Source of the DNA: Promethearchaeota archaeon
GTDB taxonomy: Archaea > Asgardarchaeota > Lokiarchaeia > Sigyniarchaeales > SOKP01
DNA length: 32,000 nucleotides
NCBI GenBank assembly: GCA_030606485.1
Contig: JAUWGH010000003.1
Location: 1 to 32,000 of the forward strand
Direction of reading: 5' to 3'
Under the pieces are notes generated by a model. That model was not told the origin of the DNA and made no database searches. It saw nothing but the letters and a program-made list of their open reading frames with translations. Numbering within the stretch: the stretch's first letter is position 1; each line of letters starts with the position of its first letter. Position numbers and translations under genes: made by a program. Positions 1-8,346 of the stretch are shown here, piece by piece.

Positions 1-15
1 TTTTAGTTGATTTAA

Positions 16-372
16 ATGAAAAAAATTGGGGAAGGACGTTCTTGTTCGTCTAATTCAGAAGCACTAGGGGAATTTGTATATATCCAATCTGTTGAAGACG
101 TTATAAACATATTTGATGATGCCAACGGGAAAATATGTATAGTTGATGATGCTGGTACTACTACTCTTGGTCCAATTTTATCGGATTTAGCAGGAGTTTT
201 ATGTCCATTCGGTTCTGCGGGCTCACATCTTGCCATAGTTTCAAGAGAATTCGAAATACCTTGTGTAATGAGTGTAGAATTTCTAGTAGACGATTGGTCA
301 TCACTGAACGGGAAAAAGGGAAAAATAGTTACGGAAAGTGAAGACAAGGGTATTGTTTATTTACTTGAGTAA
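16..372 (+). CDS. Stand-alone PEP-utilising enzyme mobile (swivelling phospho-His) domain protein
   Basis: GSAGSHLAIVSREFEIPCV matches the PEP-utiliser signature (GGxxSHxAIxxRExGIPxV) with the phosphorylatable His intact (H71). At 118 aa it has no ATP-grasp or TIM-barrel domain. Confidence 0.85.
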   Translation: MKKIGEGRSCSSNSEALGEFVYIQSVEDVINIFDDANGKICIVDDAGTTTLGPILSDLAGVLCPFGSAGSHLAIVSREFEIPCVMSVEFLVDDWSSLNGKKGKIVTESEDKGIVYLLE

Positions 373-430
373 TTATCGAAATTATTTTCAATTAAAATTA
401 CAAATTATAAAATTATAAGGAGTTGTCTAT

Positions 431-1798
431 ATGTTAGGTGATATTAGCGATGAAGAAGTTAATGAAATAATCGTGATGTTTTCTCAAAGCGTTCTAGAAA
501 ATTTTCAAACGCGAGGAGTAGTGGAAAGTAAAATATTTCCTGTAAACCATTACATTCACGTTGCTTGTTATATTTTATACGATCAATCTTATCAATATAA
601 TATCTTAAAAGAAGTTGCAAGTAAGATATCGCCTGAGGAGCTCGCCAGAAGATCGAAATCCTTGGGCCCAGGATTAAACCAATTGGGATTTTATTCTACA
701 TGTATGTTGTATTTGCATGGTCGAGCTCAAGTTATTCATGATAACCTTAGTAAAAAAAAAGCTGGCGAAACTAATATCGTTGTTGAGCCTGAAAAGAAGA
801 AAAAAGAAACAAAATTCATTCTTGACTTTTGGAAAAGATTGAGTCCCAATTATCTCAATGACGAGACACTAATATTGAAAAATAAAAAAAATATGTGCCT
901 TTCCGACGATTATATTAAAAAATTAAAAGATAATATGATCCCTATAAATAATAATAAAGAGATAACCAAGCGTTTAAAGCAAACCATCGCCCATTTAACC
1001 ATCTATAGTTTCCTTTCCCGAGCCGAGTGTAGAATGAGCATATCTGAGCATGGACCATATTATTTTGAAGACAACACTGAACCTTTAATATTCAAAGAAT
1101 TCCTAGAACTACATACTGGGGATGTAATGTTTGAAATAGATATGACTGGAAATATGCCATATAAAATCACCAAAATTGCGCCGTTTTCAAATGTGATATT
1201 TGGAATGACGCTGAAAGATATGAACAAAATCGAGTTTAATGATTGGAACACTTTATTTGCCGATCCAACCGATTTTTCTTCAAACATAACATCAATAGGG
1301 ATTTGGACAAGAGAATTATCGCACCCAAAAGATCTTAGATATCCTGATTATTTAGGTGAATTAAAACCCCTCTCGCTTAATATCTTAGAGGAACTGTCGA
1401 AATTTGCAAAAAGTGCCACGAAAGAATTATATATTGATATATCGAAATGGAACTTTACTAAAAGATTGCTTTTTGGGAGTCACATTTATGTTAATAGCCT
1501 TTTAAGTGTGTGTACCCAATACGCAGGTATAGAAGATAACTTTAACTGGACTTGGCCTTGTGACTATGCCTTGGGTAAAAAATTGAAAACCGACTTAGTG
1601 GACAAAGAAAAAATAAAGTTCTATATTGATAAATTAAGTAAAAGAGTAAAGACTACCCAAGACGAAAAAGAAGCAGAGAAAGTGCAAATCGCAGCTTTAG
1701 AAAAATACGAAGGTGTACATCCATTTATGACGCGAATTTTTAGGAGGAGAAGAGCCGCAAAATTAGACCCATTTTATTATAAATTACAAGATGAATAG
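431..1798 (+). CDS. Protein of unknown function, probable partner of the upstream PEP-mobile domain
   Basis: 455-aa ORF with GGAG upstream of the ATG, same strand and 58 bp after 16..372. Conserved-looking blocks: VACY, LDFWKR, SRAECRMSISEHGPY, FNDWNTLFADP. I recognise no characterised family. Confidence 0.75.
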   Translation: MLGDISDEEVNEIIVMFSQSVLENFQTRGVVESKIFPVNHYIHVACYILYDQSYQYNILKEVASKISPEELARRSKSLGPGLNQLGFYSTCMLYLHGRAQVIHDNLSKKKAGETNIVVEPEKKKKETKFILDFWKRLSPNYLNDETLILKNKKNMCLSDDYIKKLKDNMIPINNNKEITKRLKQTIAHLTIYSFLSRAECRMSISEHGPYYFEDNTEPLIFKEFLELHTGDVMFEIDMTGNMPYKITKIAPFSNVIFGMTLKDMNKIEFNDWNTLFADPTDFSSNITSIGIWTRELSHPKDLRYPDYLGELKPLSLNILEELSKFAKSATKELYIDISKWNFTKRLLFGSHIYVNSLLSVCTQYAGIEDNFNWTWPCDYALGKKLKTDLVDKEKIKFYIDKLSKRVKTTQDEKEAEKVQIAALEKYEGVHPFMTRIFRRRRAAKLDPFYYKLQDE

Positions 1799-1860
1799 TC
1801 AATTGTGGTTTAATAATAATAAAAAGTAAAATAAAATAGTTCAAACTTCGGTTCTTAGTG

Positions 1861-2832
1861 TTAATCCCGCGTTGTGGATAAATACTCCGAAATGCCATCA
1901 CCTTCTTTACCATTGAAAGTGAATATTGCTACTTGCTCGTAAATTTCAGTTAATCCTTTCTCGGATGGAAGAGGTAAATATTGCGAAAATATTGTTTTTG
2001 ATTCTATGGTTATTTTTTTTCCATTTTCATCCGTTAAGATAAATGTTGATGAAACAGGTATTTTTTCGTTTTCTTTCATTTTTGTGGTCACTTCTATGTT
2101 TTTTATTCTAATACTATCAGCGCCTTTAGAATAAATTATTCCATCTTGTTTTACTTCACCAAGGGCTTCAGCTTTGTAAAAATTAATTGTCTCATCTTCA
2201 AACTGGGCAACAACCCAATTCCACGAATCAATCCCGCCCCAATCTCTAATGCCCCAGCTGTGATCGCGTTGACTGAAACCTTTAATGATTCGCGTTTCAA
2301 TTACTTCCCCCTTTTCCTTCAGAATCAAAGTACCTGTAGCTACCATAGGTTGCTCATAATGCATCTGAGCAAATACTAGCTCTGTCTTACTATAATCCTC
2401 CTTAAGAAATGCTAAGGGATCCGTACCCTCAGCTGAATTAAATATTGGAAATCTCCTCTCAAAGTTAACATCTAAATCAACTCTACTATTTTTGAATTTA
2501 ACTCTCCATTGTTTCATTGGTTTGATGCAATAATACTTAACTTTCGCATCGAATTCCCAATTATCAGGCATTTTTTCAAAGGGAATTCCCTTAAAATAAG
2601 ATATCACCTTACCATCAATCACTAAAAATAATAAGACTAGAGATCTCTTTTTACCCATTTCGAACGCTAGTCTAGTAATAAAAAAGACCTTATTTGGGCG
2701 ATCAATAAAATTAAAGTACCAACTCTCGTTGTGGAATGGAGGGAACTTTCCCCAATCATGCATATATTCATCCTTTTCGGAGATATCAAAACCTTTATTA
2801 ATCTGGTTTTTTAGTTCTTTCTCTTTTGTCAT
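1861..2832 (-). CDS. Lipocalin/AttH-like beta-barrel protein (DUF7064/7065-like, CrtC/tocopherol-cyclase-like fold)
   Basis: Motifs HNESWYFNF, HYEQP and GFSQRDHSWGIRDW. The track's start at 2847 is a GTG; the ATG at 2832 is the more likely start. Confidence 0.6.
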   Translation of the reverse strand: MTKEKELKNQINKGFDISEKDEYMHDWGKFPPFHNESWYFNFIDRPNKVFFITRLAFEMGKKRSLVLLFLVIDGKVISYFKGIPFEKMPDNWEFDAKVKYYCIKPMKQWRVKFKNSRVDLDVNFERRFPIFNSAEGTDPLAFLKEDYSKTELVFAQMHYEQPMVATGTLILKEKGEVIETRIIKGFSQRDHSWGIRDWGGIDSWNWVVAQFEDETINFYKAEALGEVKQDGIIYSKGADSIRIKNIEVTTKMKENEKIPVSSTFILTDENGKKITIESKTIFSQYLPLPSEKGLTEIYEQVAIFTFNGKEGDGISEYLSTTRD

Positions 2833-2952
2833 AATATTTCCATTCACTAATTTTCTTTTAATAAAAATTAAATATATATATCTAAAATTATTTAAAAATC
2901 TTCTTTACTCGATCTTCCATTTTTGTCCTATCAACCATTTCTATAACTACTT

Positions 2953-4215
2953 TTACAATAATGTTTTTGTAAACATTCTAATCTTATCCTTCACAGTTTT
3001 AATAGAGGCAAAGCGTTTGTCACCTACATCTATATCTATAATTAATAGAGGAATTCCTAATTCATCTCTTAAGGCTTCCCTAAGAAGTTGAGGAATGGAC
3101 CCGAACTGCTTACAACCTAAATGAGAAGTAAATATTCCACAATCAGCTTTAAATTCTTTTGTAATATTTATAAATTCTGGAATGAAATCATCATAAAATT
3201 CAATAGATTGCTTAATCATTGGAAAATTCATTGCTTTTCGTGCCATATCATTAAACATTTTATCTTCCGAACTTGTATCTACAGGATTATATAAATTGTA
3301 AGTAAAAATATCTAATAAAACTGACATCTTAATTTCTCGATCCAACCATTCGCATAAAGCTAAATCAAAGAAGATGGTCATATAAGGCCAGATTGAACGA
3401 ATCTGTTCTTCTATTGGACTTTCTTTCTTTTTATATCTTTTTTTTGCTAGAGCTAGCATATTTTCATAAAAATCTACTTTCTCTGGACGTCCTGCCATAA
3501 ATACTGCAGCAGCAGCAGACATTGGGTTTATCATGCTCTCAAGTGGGCAAGGAATAGCTTTTTTTAATTCAAATAATTCTAATTCTAGTTTTAATGATTG
3601 GTTTTCAATTTCTAAAGATTTCTTCATTTTATCGAAGTCTGGTTCTTGACCAATTATTTTGCCAATTTCACTTAATCCTATTTTGATTTGCTCAGCATAA
3701 AATTCATAACTTTTCTCTTCATGGATAAAGGGCATGTCTGTGATAACCAAAGGAATATCTTTATATTTAAAGAAAGGGTATGAGGCATATGTATTATCGC
3801 AGGGAGCAGTTGGAGTGGTTATTACATCAAATTTAAATAAATCATCCAATACCATGCCCATTACTCCCTTCTGGGAAGAGCATGTGTGATAGGGGTGTCC
3901 CCAGTGAGTAATTAAGTCATAATATTTTTCTGAACCGTTAGGAAGTAATGCCGCCAATAGATATGATGTTCCTTCAATACAAATAGGAACACAATCAAAA
4001 CAATGTAAAAATTCTGCTGGACATGCAAAATGATAACCGATTATTGGCAATCCTTCTTCTGCTTTTTGTATATTGTCAATTAAGCATTTTTCTAAATTTT
4101 TTAATCCCATTTTTAAAACTTGCATTTCATGTTCTGGAACAATTCTCCATACTAACTCATATGAATTCGAAACAACTTCTAATAACATTTTATAAGGGAT
4201 AACTCTTTCTTTCAT
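2953..4215 (-). CDS. 2-hydroxyacyl-CoA dehydratase family subunit (HGD-D; HgdA/FldB/BcrB-like)
   Basis: 420 aa with three spaced Cys as probable 4Fe-4S ligands (HTCSS, APCD, HLGCK) and the typical C-terminal LGIPLLIIDID block. Confidence 0.85.
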   Translation of the reverse strand: MKERVIPYKMLLEVVSNSYELVWRIVPEHEMQVLKMGLKNLEKCLIDNIQKAEEGLPIIGYHFACPAEFLHCFDCVPICIEGTSYLLAALLPNGSEKYYDLITHWGHPYHTCSSQKGVMGMVLDDLFKFDVITTPTAPCDNTYASYPFFKYKDIPLVITDMPFIHEEKSYEFYAEQIKIGLSEIGKIIGQEPDFDKMKKSLEIENQSLKLELELFELKKAIPCPLESMINPMSAAAAVFMAGRPEKVDFYENMLALAKKRYKKKESPIEEQIRSIWPYMTIFFDLALCEWLDREIKMSVLLDIFTYNLYNPVDTSSEDKMFNDMARKAMNFPMIKQSIEFYDDFIPEFINITKEFKADCGIFTSHLGCKQFGSIPQLLREALRDELGIPLLIIDIDVGDKRFASIKTVKDKIRMFTKTLL

Positions 4216-4243
4216 TTTTTATATCCTAATTATATTTTTACTA

Positions 4244-5392
4244 TTATTTTATCATTTCTAAAAAAGCTTCAATACGGGTTTGGAGTCGTGTTGTATCGGC
4301 TTGTATATATTCCCTATCAATATTCAATACTGGAATCTCTAATTCTTTTAGTTCATGCTCGAACAACATATTATCACATCCATGAAGATCACAATTATTT
4401 ATCCTCTGGAGTATGACACCATCAATTTTTGCTGTTTTAATCTCATCCTTTAAAAATTTTAATCTTCGCTCATGATCATCCATCATGCGTGGACAGGATA
4501 ATCTATGATACACACGTTTTGAAATTTGTTCTAAGGGATTACCCCCAATTTGTACATCATCTAAAAAATTACGGGTTCCAAAACACAAAAAATCTGACAC
4601 AATTAACGCTCCAGAATTCTCAATCAAATTAACAAACTTTAAATCATCTATAATGCTTCCAACTAACATAATTCTTTTTCGGAGATCTTTTATCCCTTCA
4701 CTTTCTTTTAATTTATAATTAATTCGATGTAATTCTTGATTAATAATATCTTTAGGAATAGAACTATTTGCAACTGAAATCTGTAATGCTTCAGCACCAG
4801 AAAGTTTTGGGTTTTCTAAAATTCGTAGTCTATGAATCTCTCTTAATAGTTTACGATTTTCATTATGAACCTTAATTGAATTTTCAAGGCTATTATCAGT
4901 TATATCTACATTATAAACCGTTTCTAATTCTTCCTTTAATTCTATAATTTCTTGCCAATACCAACTAAATCCTTCTTCTGATATAATATGGGGTACAGAA
5001 AAATAAAACCTCGGAACTTTCTTATTAAAGCCCTCTCGATTAAAAACTTTCATATTAAAAATTTCAAACATCCTACGAGTATGATCACAGCTGTTACATA
5101 TAAGGTATCCATCAAGAAAATCAAAGCCACCTCGTAACGCTAAATCGAGTGATGCTCTTACAAAACTACATGTGAATCTCACCATCAATATATCTCCAAG
5201 TTCAGTTTTTTCATGTCCAGTCGCTCTTATTCTAAAAGGCAATAAATTAGCTGCATACAGTAATTCTTCAGGGATGTAAGTACAATAATAACCAATAACT
5301 TTTTTTTTACTTGCTTGCCATTCTTTAATGTATTGATTATTAATCGAATTAGAAATATTCAGAAATGGGTCATTTTGTAGACTCATCTTCAT
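4244..5392 (-). CDS. 2-hydroxyacyl-CoA dehydratase family subunit (HGD-D; HgdB/FldC/BcrC-like)
   Basis: VIGYYCTYIPEEL, TCSFVR, CNSCDHTRR, NNCDLHG and RLQTRIEAFLEM are characteristic of the family. Confidence 0.9.
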   Translation of the reverse strand: MKMSLQNDPFLNISNSINNQYIKEWQASKKKVIGYYCTYIPEELLYAANLLPFRIRATGHEKTELGDILMVRFTCSFVRASLDLALRGGFDFLDGYLICNSCDHTRRMFEIFNMKVFNREGFNKKVPRFYFSVPHIISEEGFSWYWQEIIELKEELETVYNVDITDNSLENSIKVHNENRKLLREIHRLRILENPKLSGAEALQISVANSSIPKDIINQELHRINYKLKESEGIKDLRKRIMLVGSIIDDLKFVNLIENSGALIVSDFLCFGTRNFLDDVQIGGNPLEQISKRVYHRLSCPRMMDDHERRLKFLKDEIKTAKIDGVILQRINNCDLHGCDNMLFEHELKELEIPVLNIDREYIQADTTRLQTRIEAFLEMIK

Positions 5393-5877
5393 TCTCCTTT
5401 ATCTTTGATTTTATACATTTTACGCTTTCCTATTGCAATACATCTCAATAGTTTTACATTAGCTCTTAAAGAACCACTCATTTTAATTTTTCCGGTAAAG
5501 ACATACTTAATAAAAAATTTTAATATTCCAAAAATATTATTTTTTCTTCGCACTATAGCACTTACTACACGAACCACTTCATCTCTTTTTACATTTAAAG
5601 TCACGCACGAAATAGGATTTATAGATCTCCCCTTTCGAGGGTCAAAATTATCTTTATTTTTTACAAGTACAAAAGTTAGATAACCATTTAAAGAGGGAAA
5701 ATAGAATTCAACTTCTTGTCCCCATCTTTTGCCAATTTTCTTAAAAGGCTTTTCGAATCCATATATTTCAATTAAAAGCTTAGCCAATCTTGCAATATTG
5801 AGTAATTTAGTTTCATTTATTAAGTCATGGGCTTTTTTTTCCCGATTTAAAATGTGGGTATCATTTTTTTCAATCAT
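5389..5877 (-). CDS. SCP2 sterol-carrier-like fold protein (putative lipid binding)
   Basis: C-terminal FTGKIKMSGSLRANVKL resembles the SCP2 GKLKxxGD motif. Its stop overlaps the dehydratase start (ATGA), suggesting translational coupling. Confidence 0.5.
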   Translation of the reverse strand: MIEKNDTHILNREKKAHDLINETKLLNIARLAKLLIEIYGFEKPFKKIGKRWGQEVEFYFPSLNGYLTFVLVKNKDNFDPRKGRSINPISCVTLNVKRDEVVRVVSAIVRRKNNIFGILKFFIKYVFTGKIKMSGSLRANVKLLRCIAIGKRKMYKIKDKGE

Positions 5878-6143
5878 TTAAACAGCACGATATGGGTTTA
5901 ATAATATCTTTATAAATTTGGTTTGTGATCGTTTATTTTAATTTGTTCTTTTTTTATAAAAAATTAATTAATGAAGTAAAATGTTTTCGATTTTAATTAA
6001 TTTTTACAATTCAATAATCTATTTTAAAAAAGAATGGAAAAAATTTTTAAAATATTGTCACTTATTGATCAGAAAAGGTTATATCATTTCATGAGTAAAG
6101 TTAAAAAAGTAAGAAATAAAAAGAGTAAGGAGTAAAGATAATA

Positions 6144-6557
6144 ATGATAAAACAAATTTCTATATTTTTGCCAAACCACCCTGGTGTTTTAGTGGATTTA
6201 ACAAAACTATTAACGGATAATGCTATTAATTTGAGAGCTCTTACGATCTCAGAAACTACGGATTACGGTATTTTAAAGATAATAGTAGACAAAACAAGTG
6301 AATGTATTCAGATTTTGGAAAGGGAAAGTTATTTAACAGCAGTGACAGAAGTTATTGCTATAGAGATCCCAGATAAACCAGGTTCTTTACATGAAGTCAT
6401 AAAATTATTAGGAGAAAATGAGGTAAATATCGATTATTTATATTCTACAATTGTTAAAAATGGTGCAATTATAATTCTTAGAGTTTCTGATAATAAAAAA
6501 GTAATTGATTTACTAAAGAGTAAAAATATTAGAGTACTCGATAAAACTGATTTTTGA
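6144..6557 (+). CDS. Tandem ACT-domain protein (BT0572-like)
   Basis: KQISIFLPNHPGVL and IEIPDKPGSL are two ACT repeats; 137 aa; GGAG upstream. Confidence 0.9.
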   Translation: MIKQISIFLPNHPGVLVDLTKLLTDNAINLRALTISETTDYGILKIIVDKTSECIQILERESYLTAVTEVIAIEIPDKPGSLHEVIKLLGENEVNIDYLYSTIVKNGAIIILRVSDNKKVIDLLKSKNIRVLDKTDF

Positions 6558-6562
6558 ATATT

Positions 6563-6640
6563 TTAGTTTATAACAACATTATTTCCTTTCTTCTTGAGAT
6601 AACCTAAATAACATGCATTATTAGAAAATTTATAAAATTG
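6563..6640 (-). pseudogene. 3' remnant of a Hef-helicase homologue
   Basis: Translates to QFYKFSNNACYLGYLKKKGNNVVIN*, versus the Hef C-terminus KFYQFFNNACYLGYIKKQGNKVVLN* (13427..13504): 18/25 aa and 62/78 nt identical by hand count. Confidence 0.9.
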
Positions 6641-6690
6641 ATTTGCTAAAGAGTAAAAATATTAAAAATATAGATAAAAGCGATATTTAA
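6637..6690 (+). pseudogene. 3' remnant of an ACT-protein homologue
   Basis: Translates to IDLLKSKNIKNIDKSDI*, versus the ACT gene end IDLLKSKNIRVLDKTDF* (6504..6557): 12/17 aa identical with the stop in the same position. Confidence 0.85.
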
Positions 6691-6720
6691 ATTTTTAATT
6701 TGCATTTTTGAAATATAAGA

Positions 6721-7191
6721 TTAATATTTAAAACTATTTCTATTTAGATCTCTAAGTTTATTCTTATTTTCTCTCTCCTTATGTGATATATAAAATCCCA
6801 TCATTCCACCAACCATTATACCAATAATTGTAGCCACAATAAAGATTTCGAAAAATAAACTAAGAGTTAAATAAAGGTCGAAGCCAGCGTTCGGTAAAAC
6901 AAATACAAAAAAATGAAATATTATAATTGAAATTGCAGATAAAAATGCTCCAAAAAATCCTACAATGAGCCCTATATGAATGGGATTATCACCTACTTTT
7001 CGAGCTTTTAATGCTAAAAACACCCCAACGATAGCTCCAAATAAAACATGGAGGTCTCCTAAAAAAAAAAAAGAAATTGGATTTATTAGATAAGCAATAA
7101 AAGCAATCAAATCGAAAATGATAATTCCCGAAAAGGAATTGTGTTCTTTAGATTTTTCATATAGATCTTGAATAAATGGAATTTTTGGCAC
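6721..7191 (-). CDS. Small multi-pass membrane protein of unknown function
   Basis: GTG start; about 4 hydrophobic Gly-rich segments; basic C-terminal tail. Confidence 0.65.
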   Translation of the reverse strand: MPKIPFIQDLYEKSKEHNSFSGIIIFDLIAFIAYLINPISFFFLGDLHVLFGAIVGVFLALKARKVGDNPIHIGLIVGFFGAFLSAISIIIFHFFVFVLPNAGFDLYLTLSLFFEIFIVATIIGIMVGGMMGFYISHKERENKNKLRDLNRNSFKY

Positions 7192-7219
7192 CTATCTTGA
7201 ATAATTACTTTTAATCGCT

Positions 7220-8323
7220 TTATGATGGAAAGTGAATAAGATTCATTTCCGTTTCACTGTCAAAAACATGAATTTGGTCTGGAGAGAAAGATATATATGC
7301 AATATCACCCATTCGTCCAGGATAAAATCCAGGTGTAACCGCCATAGCGGAAATTTTATCAGGAAATTCGAAAGTAATAATCGTTTCTGCACCAAGATAT
7401 TCAATAACAGTAATTTCAACTTCGTATGAATCTTGATGAGTTTGAGTTGTAACCTTTATGTGTTCAGGACGAATACCTAAAATTAAATTTTCAAAACTTG
7501 CTTTAACTAGCTTATTAGCAATATCTTCAGGTAATGGATACTTCTGTTCCCCAAAAATGAGCATATTCCTATTTTTTTGATCAAACTTTGTATCAATGAA
7601 ATTCATAGTGGGAGAACCAATAAACCCAGCAACAAAGAGGTTAGTAGGACAATTATATACTTCAGAAGGTGTCCCTAGTTGTTGAATACGACCATCAAAA
7701 AGGATAGCAATTCGATCTGCCATTGACATAGCCTCAACTTGATCATGAGTCACATAAACTAGAGTTATTCCAAGTCTTTTTTGAAGTTTGATTATCTCGC
7801 CCCGCATTTGAGTTCGTAATTTAGCATCAAGATTACTCAAAGGCTCATCAAAAAGAAACGCGGTTGGGTTACGCACCATACATCTTCCTAGAGCAACTCG
7901 TTGTCGTTGGCCCCCACTTAGCTCTTTAGGTTTACGATCCAATAATTCCGAGATTCCAAGGATTTCTGCTGCTACCTTTACCCTCTTGTCAATGATACGT
8001 TTATCAGTTTTAGATAATTTTAAAGAAAAACTCATATTATCTCTGACATTCATGTGGGGGTATAATGCATAACTTTGAAATACCATCGCAACCTTTCTCT
8101 CTTTGGGTGGTAGATAAGATACGTCAATATTATTAAACAAAATTCGACCATCAGTTACATATTCTAATCCAGCAATGATATTCAAGCATGTTGATTTACC
8201 ACAACCCGAAGGTCCTACTAGAACTAAAAATTCTTTGTCCTGAATTTCAAGATCAATATCCTTTAAAACGTGGACATCTGGACTAAAAATTTTATTTACT
8301 TTTTCTAAAATTATATTAACCAT
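7220..8323 (-). CDS. malK: Carbohydrate ABC transporter ATP-binding subunit (MalK/UgpC type)
   Basis: Walker A GPSGCGKST, signature LSGGQRQR, Walker B FLFDEPLSNLD, H-loop YVTHDQ, and a C-terminal TOBE/OB region (LGIRPEH). Confidence 0.95.
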   Translation of the reverse strand: MVNIILEKVNKIFSPDVHVLKDIDLEIQDKEFLVLVGPSGCGKSTCLNIIAGLEYVTDGRILFNNIDVSYLPPKERKVAMVFQSYALYPHMNVRDNMSFSLKLSKTDKRIIDKRVKVAAEILGISELLDRKPKELSGGQRQRVALGRCMVRNPTAFLFDEPLSNLDAKLRTQMRGEIIKLQKRLGITLVYVTHDQVEAMSMADRIAILFDGRIQQLGTPSEVYNCPTNLFVAGFIGSPTMNFIDTKFDQKNRNMLIFGEQKYPLPEDIANKLVKASFENLILGIRPEHIKVTTQTHQDSYEVEITVIEYLGAETIITFEFPDKISAMAVTPGFYPGRMGDIAYISFSPDQIHVFDSETEMNLIHFPS

Positions 8324-8346
8324 TTTTATAACCTCTTTTATTTTGT

